64,000 bases of DNA, from NCBI GenBank assembly GCA_937925855.1, contig CALAMO010000002.1, positions 16,020 through 80,019 on the forward strand, read 5' to 3'. The translations under genes were made by a program, and so were the position numbers. This DNA is from an uncultured Thiotrichaceae bacterium (GTDB lineage: Bacteria; Pseudomonadota; Gammaproteobacteria; Thiotrichales; Thiotrichaceae). This document shows positions 30,709 to 39,869 of this stretch, piece after piece. Below the pieces are notes generated by a model that saw nothing but the letters and a program-made list of their open reading frames with translations, ran no database searches and was not told the origin of the DNA. How positions within the stretch are numbered: the first letter of the stretch is position 1; the number at the start of each line of letters is the position of its first letter.

Positions 30709-31797
30709 TTAATTTCGGCGGGAGTGTGTGTCAAAGTCCAGTGGCAGCTGTTCTGGCAAGCCGGGTTGGGAAAATTGCACGCCCATGCCCAGTAGTCTAA
30801 CGGGGCGTTTACCCCTGGCCCAGGCCTGTTCAATCAGCGGCGGATAGCGTTCTTCCTTAACCACCGTGGAGGCGGTTTGTACCGTTGTGGTGACGAAATC
30901 GTGGAAGCGTAGTTTGATATAGAGTGTCTTCGGCAGCTGGTAGTGGCGCGCCTGTGCTTGATCAAGCCGTTTTTTCAGACTGAGGTAAAGTGCCGGTACC
31001 CGTTCCAGGCAGGCAGCCAAACTAGGCAAATCAGCGCTAAAAGTATCTTCTACGCTGATTGATTTACGGGTGTCGGAGGTGCTAACTGGGCGCGTGTCAT
31101 AGCCACGGGCGAGCTGGTACAGGCGTCCCCCAAACTTACCAAATTCCAGCTTCAAATCATTTTCAGGTAAACGCTGTAAATCGGCGCAAGTTTTTATGCC
31201 CAGCCGATCCATATGGGCTTCCGTCACTTTACCCACACCTGGAATCCGTTTAACCGGTAGCTCAGCAACAAAGGTCTCCACGTCCTGTGGTCGGATAACA
31301 AACAGGCCATTGGGTTTGCGCCAGTCGCTGGCAACTTTTGCTAAAAATTTATTGGGTGCGACGCCTGCGGAGGCTGTTAGCCGATGATTTTTCTGAATAC
31401 GTGTTCGGATTTCTTCGGCGATTAGCGTTGCACTCCCCTGTCGATGATGGGTGGTGCTAACGTCGAGAAAGGCCTCATCCAGCGATAAGGGTTCAACCAA
31501 GTCGGTATATTCAGTGAACATGGCTTGGATGTCGCTGGAGACTTCTTTATAAGCATCCATACGGCCGGGTACAACAATGAGGTGAGGACACTTGCGCAGC
31601 GCAATACCCATCGGCATGGCGGAGTGTACGCCGAACTGGCGCGCCTCATAGGAGCAGGTCGCCACTACTCCCCGGCCATCAGGAGAGCCACCGACAGCAA
31701 TCGGTTTACCCTGTAACTCAGGGTTATCGCGTGCTTCGACGGCGGCATAAAAGCAGTCCATGTCGATGTGGATAATTTTGCGGGCGTGCTTGTTCAT
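30709..31797 (-). CDS. dinB: DNA polymerase IV (Y-family translesion polymerase)
   Basis: KIIHIDMDCFYAAVE N-terminus, SLDEAFLDV motif, 362 aa. Confidence 0.95.
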   Translation of the reverse strand: MNKHARKIIHIDMDCFYAAVEARDNPELQGKPIAVGGSPDGRGVVATCSYEARQFGVHSAMPMGIALRKCPHLIVVPGRMDAYKEVSSDIQAMFTEYTDLVEPLSLDEAFLDVSTTHHRQGSATLIAEEIRTRIQKNHRLTASAGVAPNKFLAKVASDWRKPNGLFVIRPQDVETFVAELPVKRIPGVGKVTEAHMDRLGIKTCADLQRLPENDLKLEFGKFGGRLYQLARGYDTRPVSTSDTRKSISVEDTFSADLPSLAACLERVPALYLSLKKRLDQAQARHYQLPKTLYIKLRFHDFVTTTVQTASTVVKEERYPPLIEQAWARGKRPVRLLGMGVQFSQPGLPEQLPLDFDTHSRRN

Positions 31798-31842
31798 CTG
31801 GGCTAATCATATATGAACTCTCTGCTAATGCTAATGGCAGGC

Positions 31843-31955
31843 AAAAAAATACCCCCATCAAGGGGGGTATTCAATGTTGGACAACCCAAGAGGGTTGGTT
31901 GAGGATTCAGTATTTTTTGGAAATTAGCGTTTTACGCTTAAATTGCTTAGTGTGT
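31843..31955 (-). ncRNA. Candidate sRNA, unit 1 (~113 nt)
   Basis: On the minus strand, TATAAT lies at 31962-31967. The conserved 5' segment is CACACTAAGCAATTTAAGCGTAAAACGCTAATTTC. There are internal hairpins, then terminator ATACCCCC-loop-GGGGGTAT plus T7 (31843-31870). No ORF. Confidence 0.45.
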
Positions 31956-31988
31956 GGGTACATTATAAGTGGTCCTAAAAAATAGTTC

Positions 31989-32004
31989 TGTGAACTACGT
32001 CACA
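31989..32004 (-). promoter_or_regulatory. Consensus CRP box TGTGACGTAGTTCACA, centred ~-41.5 relative to the predicted start of sRNA unit 1
   Basis: Perfect TGTGA-N6-TCACA, exactly 21 nt upstream of the TATAAT hexamer. Confidence 0.5.
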
Positions 32005-32044
32005 CCAATCAAAACTTACGGTTAGGATCTACTGGTCACCGGGT

Positions 32045-32155
32045 AAAAAAAATGCCACCGCAAAGGGTGGCAAATTTAGCTGTCGTTGGACAACTTGAGA
32101 GAGATTTACAACAATTGTTAGAAATTAGCATTCATGCTTAACTTGCTTAGTGTGC
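32045..32155 (-). ncRNA. Candidate sRNA, unit 2 (~111 nt), a paralogue of unit 1
   Basis: On the minus strand, GATAGT lies at 32163-32168. The 5' segment is CACACTAAGCAAGTTAAGCATGAATGCTAATTTC. It shares GTTGTCCAAC with unit 1. The terminator is GCCACC-loop-GGTGGC plus AT8 (32045-32071). A half CRP box, TGTGACAAAAACACCT (32190-32205), sits at the same 21-nt spacing. Confidence 0.4.
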
Positions 32156-32380
32156 ACCGTCGACTATCCAGCATTTGAGTCTGGAATAGAGGTGTTTTTG
32201 TCACAGAAGCTATGTGAGATAATTACGTGTTGGCTAAAAAACAATCGATTTTGGTTTTGAGCAAGTCTCCGCGTTAACTTTAATATACTATTTCAACCCC
32301 TCATACCGTGCAGGTCGTCGCCTCGCATGCTTGTGAGACAATTTGTTATGCCTGTTACCGTTTTGTCGAGGATATGGTGT

Positions 32381-33361
32381 ATGCGGTTTACTAAACCTAA
32401 GGGCTTTACTGGCAGTGGCTTGCTCTTTCTGGGGTTACTGATGTCACTGCAGCCACTACTAGCGGACGATAAACTCAGCGTTTTTGTCAGTGTCCTGCCA
32501 CAGCAGCTGTTTGTGGAACGCATCGGTGGTGAGGCCGTGGCGGTTGAGGTGATGGTAAAGCCAGGTTTTAGTCCGGCGACGTATGAACCTTCGCCCCGTC
32601 AGATTGCTGCATTAGCTAAGACACAGCTCTATATTCGTATTGGCGTGCCGTTTGAAGCCGCATGGCTACCCCGTATTCGCAGTGTGAACCCAGACATGCT
32701 GCTGTTGGATGCGCGTGATAGCATTGAATTACTGAAACTCGATGACCGTCATCATGGGCATGAAGCACAGTATAATGATGAGCACTCGGCAGTGCAGCAC
32801 GCTGACATTGAGCATACTGAACATACCGGTGCTAAAAAGGTCGCTCATGTCGGGCAGAGGAGTGCGTTTGACCCCCACCTGTGGACAGACCCGCAGCGGG
32901 TTATCACGATGGCTCAGCAAATTAAGCGGCAGTTGACCGCGTTAGTGCCCGCACAGGCCGAGGTGTTCCAGGCAAACTATGTCGCTTTTGCGGCTGAGCT
33001 ACAGGCGCTTGATGACGAGCTGCGCGCGTTGTTTGCGCGGGATGACGCAGCGGATAATAAGAAATTCTTAGTGTTCCATCCTTCCTGGGGATATTTTGCG
33101 GCGACTTATGGTTTGACGCAGTTAGCGATTGAAGCAGAGGGTAAAGAACCCGGTGCAAAGGCGCTCCAAGCCTTAATTAGGCAGGCTAAAGCCGCAAGGG
33201 TGAAAACGATTTTTGTTCAACCGCAGTTTGATCAGCGTGCGGCCCGTCAGGTCGCCAAGGCGATTAAGGGTGAGGTGGTGGCGATCGATCCTTTGGCCGC
33301 TGATTATTTTGCTAATATGCGCCGCGCCGCCCGTCTAATCGCAGGAGTGGGCGATGAGTAG
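32381..33361 (+). CDS. znuA: Zinc ABC transporter substrate-binding protein (ZnuA-like, with a His/Asp/Glu-rich loop)
   Basis: Cluster-9 SBP fold motifs and the loop DDRHHGHEAQYNDEHSAVQHADIEHTEHTG. I prefer the start at ATG 32381 (GAGGA 9 nt upstream, followed by a signal peptide); the track start is 32327. Confidence 0.83.
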   Translation: MRFTKPKGFTGSGLLFLGLLMSLQPLLADDKLSVFVSVLPQQLFVERIGGEAVAVEVMVKPGFSPATYEPSPRQIAALAKTQLYIRIGVPFEAAWLPRIRSVNPDMLLLDARDSIELLKLDDRHHGHEAQYNDEHSAVQHADIEHTEHTGAKKVAHVGQRSAFDPHLWTDPQRVITMAQQIKRQLTALVPAQAEVFQANYVAFAAELQALDDELRALFARDDAADNKKFLVFHPSWGYFAATYGLTQLAIEAEGKEPGAKALQALIRQAKAARVKTIFVQPQFDQRAARQVAKAIKGEVVAIDPLAADYFANMRRAARLIAGVGDE

Positions 33362-34094
33362 CCATGCTGGTGATGCTGTTATCAGCCTGCACAATGTGAG
33401 TTTTTCCTATGACCGCTTGCCGGTGCTGGATGATGTGTCGTTACAGGTCGGCCATAAAGAGTTTCTGGGGATAGTTGGGCCGAATGCGGGGGGTAAAAGC
33501 ACGCTGTTAAAGCTGATCCTGGGTTTGTTAAAGCCGCAGCGTGGTGCAGTGAAAGTGCTTGGTAAAAAGCCGCGTCAACAGCGTAAGGCGATTGGCTATG
33601 TGCCCCAATATCCGGCGTTTTCTCGTGATTTTCCGATTACTGTTGAACAGGTTGTTCTGTTGGGCCGCTTGGGCGCAGGCCGCTGGTTTGGGCGTTATTC
33701 TAAGGCAGATTATCAGGCCGCAAGGATGGCGCTGGAAGAGGTGGAAGCTGATGACCTCGCGCAGCGTCTGGTAGGTGGTTTGTCCGGTGGGCAGCTGCAG
33801 CGTGTGTTGCTGGCTCGGGCGCTGGTGAGTGCGCCACAAATTCTGATTTTAGATGAGCCAACTGCTAATATTGATATGCGGCTGGAAAGTGATATTTTTG
33901 ACCAGTTGAAACGCCTGAACGAGCAGATGACGATACTGGTAGTGTCACATGATATTGCGTTTATTTCAGATTATGTCCAGCGCGTTGCCTGTCTAAATCG
34001 TACTTTGGTTTGTCATCGTACCGACCATATTGATGGTCAGCTGGTGCAGCATTTATATGGTGACAACGTACGCATGGTAGCGCATCATCATTGA
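33354..34094 (+). CDS. znuC: Zinc/metal ABC transporter ATP-binding protein
   Basis: Walker A GPNAGGKST, signature LSGGQLQRV, Walker B ILILDEP. Overlaps the znuA stop. Confidence 0.88.
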   Translation: MSSHAGDAVISLHNVSFSYDRLPVLDDVSLQVGHKEFLGIVGPNAGGKSTLLKLILGLLKPQRGAVKVLGKKPRQQRKAIGYVPQYPAFSRDFPITVEQVVLLGRLGAGRWFGRYSKADYQAARMALEEVEADDLAQRLVGGLSGGQLQRVLLARALVSAPQILILDEPTANIDMRLESDIFDQLKRLNEQMTILVVSHDIAFISDYVQRVACLNRTLVCHRTDHIDGQLVQHLYGDNVRMVAHHH

Positions 34095-34158
34095 ATGATT
34101 AAATCCGTGTTCAAGCCCGCTCCTCCTACCTTTGATCTATACGCAGGCAGGCCGCGTT

Positions 34159-35013
34159 ATGAGTGAGTTTTTCAGTGCACTCAGCGAAGAATCTTTTTTG
34201 CAGATGGCCGTGCTCGCTGGCTTTCTGGCGAGCTTGGGCTGCGGGCTAATTGGTACGTTTGTGGTGGTGAAACGCATTACCTTTATTGCCGGCGGGATCG
34301 CACATTCGGTGTTGGCGGGTATGGGGGCTGCCGTGTATTTTGGCTTTGACCCGCTGTTGGGTGCCTTGATTGCAGCGGTGATTTCCGCGCTACTGATCGG
34401 CTGGATTCGACTTTACTGGGAAGCGCAGGAAGATACGCTGATTGGGGCGCTGTGGGCGATTGGGATGGCGATTGGCTTGATTTTTATTTACCAGACGCCG
34501 GGTTATAGCAGCGATTTAATGAGCTATTTGTTTGGCAATATTCTGTTGGTGCCCACCGAAGACTTGGGGTTTATGCTGCTGCTGGATAGCGTGTTATTGT
34601 TGGCTGTCGTCTTGTTTTATCGCCAATTCTTAGCGGTCATTTTTGACGAGGAGTTTGCCCGTTTGCGCGGCGTACCCGTCAACTTCTTTTATCTGTTATT
34701 ACTGTGCCTGATTGCGGTGACAGTGGTGCTGCTGATTCATGTGGTTGGGTTGATTTTAGTGATTGCACTGTTGACCCTACCGGCGGCAATTGCTGGACAC
34801 TATGTGCGCTCGCTCAGTCATATGATGGTTATTGCGACCCTGCTGGGCTGTGTGTTTACCAGCGGTGGATTGGCTTTATCTTATGCACCTGATTTACCGG
34901 TTGGGCCTGTCATTATTCTATTGGCTGGGCTGGCTTATGTGTTGTCTGCACTGGGTTCGGGTTTGTATGTGAAAGTCAGGGCGCGCTATGCTGTGCGTCA
35001 CTCTGGCGTATAA
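34159..35013 (+). CDS. znuB: Zinc/metal ABC transporter permease
   Basis: Polytopic ABC-3 family permease. I prefer the start at ATG 34159; the track start is TTG 34132. Confidence 0.87.
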   Translation: MSEFFSALSEESFLQMAVLAGFLASLGCGLIGTFVVVKRITFIAGGIAHSVLAGMGAAVYFGFDPLLGALIAAVISALLIGWIRLYWEAQEDTLIGALWAIGMAIGLIFIYQTPGYSSDLMSYLFGNILLVPTEDLGFMLLLDSVLLLAVVLFYRQFLAVIFDEEFARLRGVPVNFFYLLLLCLIAVTVVLLIHVVGLILVIALLTLPAAIAGHYVRSLSHMMVIATLLGCVFTSGGLALSYAPDLPVGPVIILLAGLAYVLSALGSGLYVKVRARYAVRHSGV

Positions 35014-35060
35014 TGCGGTGGGAAATTGATTGACCCGTATGGATGAGAAGGAATTATAGA

Positions 35061-35333
35061 ATGTCTAGTCCGTTTGAAGCGATGATTAAGCAGTTCACTG
35101 AGGCTATGCCAGAGCCGTTAAAGAACGTACAGCAGGATATGGAAAGTAACGTCAGAGGGATTCTGGAAAGCGGCTTGCAGAAGATGAATTTGGTGACGCG
35201 GGAAGAGTTTGAAATCCAGACGGCGGTTTTGCAGCGGACGCGGGAGAAACTGGAGGCGTTGGAAAAGCGAGTGGCTGAATTGGAAGGCGAAGTATTGCCA
35301 GCAGCCCCTGATGTTTTAGCTGATACTGAGTGA
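35061..35333 (+). CDS. ubiK: UbiK/YqiC-family accessory factor
   Basis: ~90 aa coiled-coil protein. LVTREEFEIQTAVLQRTREKLEALEKRVAELE matches the family core. Confidence 0.78.
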   Translation: MSSPFEAMIKQFTEAMPEPLKNVQQDMESNVRGILESGLQKMNLVTREEFEIQTAVLQRTREKLEALEKRVAELEGEVLPAAPDVLADTE

Positions 35334-35340
35334 GATTTGA

Positions 35341-36552
35341 TTAGGCCGGAGTGAGCAGTAGTTCAGGCATATTTCTTTCTTTTCTTTCAGGAAAATCAGC
35401 AAATCTGATTTGTTTACGCCCTGCCTTTTTAGCTTCATACATCAGTGCATCTGCTTTCTCCAGCAGCTTTTCCAGGTCCTCGCCATGGTGTGGATAGCAG
35501 CATACACCGATACTGGCACTTACATGGTACGTTTGATTTCCGTGCACTATAGGTTGTTCAATCGTGCTGAGTACTTTGCGTGCTAGATTACAGACATAAT
35601 CAGTGTCATATTTGTTCCTGAGGTTAGATAGGGCAACGATTTCATCGCCCCCAATGCGAATAACATCACCTCTTTCGTTTAGAAGGTTAATCAGTCGCCT
35701 AGCAATAGTTTGCAGCAGAAAATCGCCCGCTTTGTGCCCGTAGGTATCATTTACCGCCTTAAAACCATCAAGATCCAGATAGAACATGGTAAAGGAGTGT
35801 TGGTTGTCCTCTGCTTCTTTTGCATACAGGTTAAACAATTTATCCAGGTGGCTGCGGTTGTACAAGCCCGTTAAGGTGTCATGTGTGGCGGCGTAAATGG
35901 CCTTTTGCTCGGATGCTTTGGCTCTTTGTTCGGACTCTTTGGTTTGTTTTTCGAATTGTAGGAGGGCGAGAACAGCTAAGGAGAGACCCAGAAACACCCC
36001 TAGGATCATTCCGACCAAAAAACCTATCGGGGCAAACCACTCTACAGCACCTAGCAGCGGGTAGTTTAACCAGTGTACCCCCATTAATGCATATAGTGCT
36101 ATAACGCACTTAATGCTCTGATTTTTAATGGGTAATTTCAACAAGCGAAAAGCTACATATAACATGCTACCGGAGAGAAACGTTACAAATGATAAGTCTG
36201 CTAATAATTTTAGTCCGTTGTTATGTAGCAAACATACAGTTACTGCTGTGATAGCGAAAATTAAAAAATAGAAATTTTCATTAAATTTTAGTCTGAAAAA
36301 TAGCATGGTTCCTACTGTCAGCCCGACGTGAGCGCCCAGCTGGAGTACAGCAAAGACTACTTCACCTGTTACTGTTTTTTCTTGTCCATAAAAAACATAG
36401 GCCAGCAAGTATGAGCATGCTGTGATAAGCATGGATGACATCCACCATGCGACCCCAGGCCTGGAAGGCATTTTTCGTACAACTAGCAACATGGAACTGA
36501 CTAGTACAAAGGAAGTGATGCCGATAATCATGGTGATCTGAAGTGGATGCAT
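35341..36552 (-). CDS. Membrane-anchored diguanylate cyclase (GGDEF domain)
   Basis: ~6 N-terminal TM helices. The C-terminal GGDEF domain has active site RIGGDEI. The gene is visibly AT-richer than its flanks. Confidence 0.87.
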   Translation of the reverse strand: MHPLQITMIIGITSFVLVSSMLLVVRKMPSRPGVAWWMSSMLITACSYLLAYVFYGQEKTVTGEVVFAVLQLGAHVGLTVGTMLFFRLKFNENFYFLIFAITAVTVCLLHNNGLKLLADLSFVTFLSGSMLYVAFRLLKLPIKNQSIKCVIALYALMGVHWLNYPLLGAVEWFAPIGFLVGMILGVFLGLSLAVLALLQFEKQTKESEQRAKASEQKAIYAATHDTLTGLYNRSHLDKLFNLYAKEAEDNQHSFTMFYLDLDGFKAVNDTYGHKAGDFLLQTIARRLINLLNERGDVIRIGGDEIVALSNLRNKYDTDYVCNLARKVLSTIEQPIVHGNQTYHVSASIGVCCYPHHGEDLEKLLEKADALMYEAKKAGRKQIRFADFPERKERNMPELLLTPA

Positions 36553-36734
36553 GGTTATAAATTTATTATTTTAATAGTTTGATTCTAAACCTTACCACCT
36601 GATAGCAAAAATTCACTTCAAGCAGATGGAAGGTTGTAATGAACTAAAATAAAGTAAGGTTTTATCAACGTTTGGTATGTGGAAATTTAGATTTGAATAT
36701 TGTTATTAAGTTATTGATATTTAAAGTTAAAGTG

Positions 36735-36762
36735 GTGGCATGTTGCTAGGATTTCATGCCAC
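36735..36762 (-). terminator. Possible terminator hairpin after the 952-aa gene
   Basis: GTGGCATG-N12-CATGCCAC, 23 nt past the stop at 36785. The trailing sequence is only moderately T-rich. Confidence 0.35.
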
Positions 36763-36784
36763 TTTTAACAATTAACCTTTAAGG

Positions 36785-39643
36785 TTACTTTCTTCTTAAG
36801 CTAAAGAGACTGGGTCTTGTTGCATAACTTAAGTTCAATGTTAATGCTGGGAAGGTATTAGCTCCCATTTTTAACAGTGCGGTAAATTTTTCTTTAAGTG
36901 CAGTAACTTCGTCAACATAGCTCTCTTGCATCAACTCACAGATCTCCTCATGTTTGTTTGCATAAAGAAATATGGGGGAAACAGGCTGCACGGCAAGCCC
37001 TTCCTGTTCTGCCAACAACCATAAATGTTGGACAGCTCGCCCACCATTAAGGTAGTCAGTGTCTGTCTGTCCAGTTGTGCCTACTACAACTGTAGCAGCA
37101 GCATTTCTAATCCTATCGCGGTTGTAATCCCCTAGTGCATAGCCTGCATCCCATTCTGCCAACTGTTCCATGACATCTTCGCGTTGAATGACAGACATTA
37201 CATTGAGGTCTTTGTTGTCCAGTCCTAACGTCCTGATGTCTATGCCTTCTTCAAGTGAGTCTTTGCCCGGCCAGCTTAATTCTGCCATCATTTCCTTGTG
37301 CAAATGACTGCAGAGGTAGCGTAAGCGCGCAGACTCAGCCAAAACTTCACCATATTCTTCTAGTTCATTTTCCTCTGTTAGCAGGTGTAAAGATACAGGG
37401 TGTTGAAATGCTAAAGCGTCCAACTTGGTTATAAATTCAGTAGATAAAGGCTTTCTGTTGCCTATTGCACGATTAGTTATACGGGACATTAAGAATTCAA
37501 ACAAACCAGCTATTGCTTGTTTTTTTGATGAGGTGTTTTGCTTTCTCTTTGTCCATATTGCTACCAGATCACTTTTTTTGGTATCAGTAGGAAAGAATGT
37601 CATGTTGCCTGATAGCTCGTAGTGAGCAGCTACTATTTCTGCATTAAAGCAAGCTGCCCCAATCGCTACCATTGAAGCACGCCAGTTTACATCCAGCGCC
37701 GAGGTGCGCTCTCTGTCAATTTCAAAGTGTAATTTATTATTTTCCCAGTAAATATTCCAAGGCTGAACGTTACCACCTGAGGGAGCAAACTTTGCTGCTA
37801 AAAGCATATCTGATTTTGCTTCACTACAAAAATCAGGCTTTTCTGGTAGAGGATCAATTGGTTTGGTCTTATGTGGAACCGTAGCTTCCTGTAAAATACT
37901 ATCCATATCGATTCTGGCACGACATGAAGGTGTGGGTTTGCCGATTCCAATTCTTCTTACTGCCGTTGCGATGATTGCTGCCCCCTGCGTCACATCAGAA
38001 GCAAGTTGCGGCCAAGTTTTTAGGGTGTTACCGATCTCTGTCATTGATGCAGCTAGACGAGTTGAAATTTTATCGCCTTCCACAATCCCGAGGCCATACC
38101 CAGCCTTGTCCTGATTAGATAGATCTTTCATTTCCTCAGCAGTTGCATCAACTAAACCATGAAATGGTTGCTGTTTATGATTTTGATCATAACGTTCAAT
38201 ATCAATCATTCCGAGATCACTAGTTGACATGAGAACGGGGATGCCATGTTTAGCTGCTGCTTCTCTGAGCTGCAATTTAATATCCAGCGAATCACATTCA
38301 TCAATAATTATATCAAGGCCATTAACAAAGTTTTCAATGTTATTTTTCTTAATGCCTTCTTCAAAAACATCAATTGTTATGTATGGATTGAGCTCTGCTA
38401 CACGACGTGCCGTGATCACAGCTTTGTTTAGGCCAATATCTAATAATGATGCAGGAACCCGGTTTAGGTTCGAGGTTTCGAGAACATCAAAGTCAGCTAG
38501 CTTTAAATGCCCACACAAACCTTCCATAGCGAGAGTATGGGCAATAGCGTGACCTGTACTTAATCCAGCAATGCCTATTCTGAGATTTAACAACTTTTCT
38601 TGTTCGTCAGCCGTAATTTTATTTTTATTTCGATTAGTGTGCAATTCTCTAAATTCAGAAGGCGCAAGAATTTTTAGTGCTGTTTTTCGCCATGGATAAA
38701 GTATCCAGCGGCTATTGTCTTTGTGATCGTAAGATTCATCTTTTTGATGCGTACTTTTCAGTTCTTTACACATGTCTTTTATATGTGAGATTTTTTTGTA
38801 ATCGCTATCCATTTGCATGGATTCAATTGGAATCATATGAAACGAATTCTTCTCGTCTAATATTATTGGTAAATATATACTCTGATTGTTATTAATTTCT
38901 ATTATCCGATTTTGATGGATAATTGGCCACTCTCTTCCAAGTAAGGTAAGATTCCTATCATGAGCGCGATCAGTAATTGTCTGCATGTCAAAAAATCCAC
39001 AGCTTGTCTTAAATGAATCATTGGGATAGGGCACACAACCAATATTATCTAATTCATGCATACCTAATTCAGCATAGGTTTTTTTCATATTTTGTGGAAA
39101 CGAATAAATTAAATAACGAGCCTCCATAATTAAAGCTCCATAGACTGCGGCTCTTGCCATAAGTCCAAGTGCTACCTTCCGAGTTGAGTGCGTGGACTGA
39201 ACCCATACTCCTTTAGGTTCAATGACTTTTTCGGGTATCCACGACTTAATGTACTTTTTCAAAAGCGTGCTGTTTCCCGCTTCCATTTCATGAATGATGA
39301 AGGAATCATCTGGTTTTGCTATGGGCTGATGGAGTCTAACACCAGCAACAACATCGCCATCAGCAATCGCTAACATAGCTAAGGGTACACAACCTGGTGA
39401 CTCTAGTGCCTTTAGATCAAGTACCGAGCTGGCTCCAATTCGAGTGTATTCTCTGGTTAAGCCTTCTACATACTTCAGCCACATATATGGATAATCAGAC
39501 GGATTGAATATGAATAGCTTTATTTCTTGATGTGTTGGCAACTTAACTTCGATATAATCGTGCTTAAATGATTGATATTGATGAGAGTTGGATAAAAACA
39601 AAACATTACTAGTCAATAAATTTTTGTTTGAACTGAGACCCAT
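36785..39643 (-). CDS. Three-module protein: unknown N-terminal domain (possibly GNAT-like), ThiF/E1-like adenylyltransferase, and nitroreductase-like domain (Rv1355c-type core)
   Basis: Start ATG 39643 with GGAG 6 nt upstream. Rossmann motif RIGIAGLSTGHAIAHTLAMEG...LADFDVLETSNLNRV lies at aa ~365-410. The nitroreductase-type motif APSGGNVQPW begins the C-terminal ~320 aa. The gene is strongly AT-rich. Confidence 0.85.
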   Translation of the reverse strand: MGLSSNKNLLTSNVLFLSNSHQYQSFKHDYIEVKLPTHQEIKLFIFNPSDYPYMWLKYVEGLTREYTRIGASSVLDLKALESPGCVPLAMLAIADGDVVAGVRLHQPIAKPDDSFIIHEMEAGNSTLLKKYIKSWIPEKVIEPKGVWVQSTHSTRKVALGLMARAAVYGALIMEARYLIYSFPQNMKKTYAELGMHELDNIGCVPYPNDSFKTSCGFFDMQTITDRAHDRNLTLLGREWPIIHQNRIIEINNNQSIYLPIILDEKNSFHMIPIESMQMDSDYKKISHIKDMCKELKSTHQKDESYDHKDNSRWILYPWRKTALKILAPSEFRELHTNRNKNKITADEQEKLLNLRIGIAGLSTGHAIAHTLAMEGLCGHLKLADFDVLETSNLNRVPASLLDIGLNKAVITARRVAELNPYITIDVFEEGIKKNNIENFVNGLDIIIDECDSLDIKLQLREAAAKHGIPVLMSTSDLGMIDIERYDQNHKQQPFHGLVDATAEEMKDLSNQDKAGYGLGIVEGDKISTRLAASMTEIGNTLKTWPQLASDVTQGAAIIATAVRRIGIGKPTPSCRARIDMDSILQEATVPHKTKPIDPLPEKPDFCSEAKSDMLLAAKFAPSGGNVQPWNIYWENNKLHFEIDRERTSALDVNWRASMVAIGAACFNAEIVAAHYELSGNMTFFPTDTKKSDLVAIWTKRKQNTSSKKQAIAGLFEFLMSRITNRAIGNRKPLSTEFITKLDALAFQHPVSLHLLTEENELEEYGEVLAESARLRYLCSHLHKEMMAELSWPGKDSLEEGIDIRTLGLDNKDLNVMSVIQREDVMEQLAEWDAGYALGDYNRDRIRNAAATVVVGTTGQTDTDYLNGGRAVQHLWLLAEQEGLAVQPVSPIFLYANKHEEICELMQESYVDEVTALKEKFTALLKMGANTFPALTLNLSYATRPSLFSLRRK

Positions 39644-39869
39644 AGTTAACTCCAGCATTATTAACAAGCTATTACCTGTGTATGCTTGTTAGGGTTAAGA
39701 AGAGTCTCTCTTAGAAATTTTATTTAGTAGCTTTATAAGTAACACTTAACAATATTTATGGGTTGGAAAGAAAATTCACTAAGGATAAGGGGAGTTTTTT
39801 TGCAGATGAGTGGTTTTTGAACTCATTGGTGGGAGGTATAAATATGGTGACTATGCATAAAAATTGCTT

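Noticed and set aside
32206-32380. Search for a Zur box (GAAATGTTATAWTATAACATTTC-like) upstream of znuA
   Set aside because: No convincing palindrome of that type is present, only a weak TCACA-N7-TGTGA inverted repeat at 32201-32217. No call was made.
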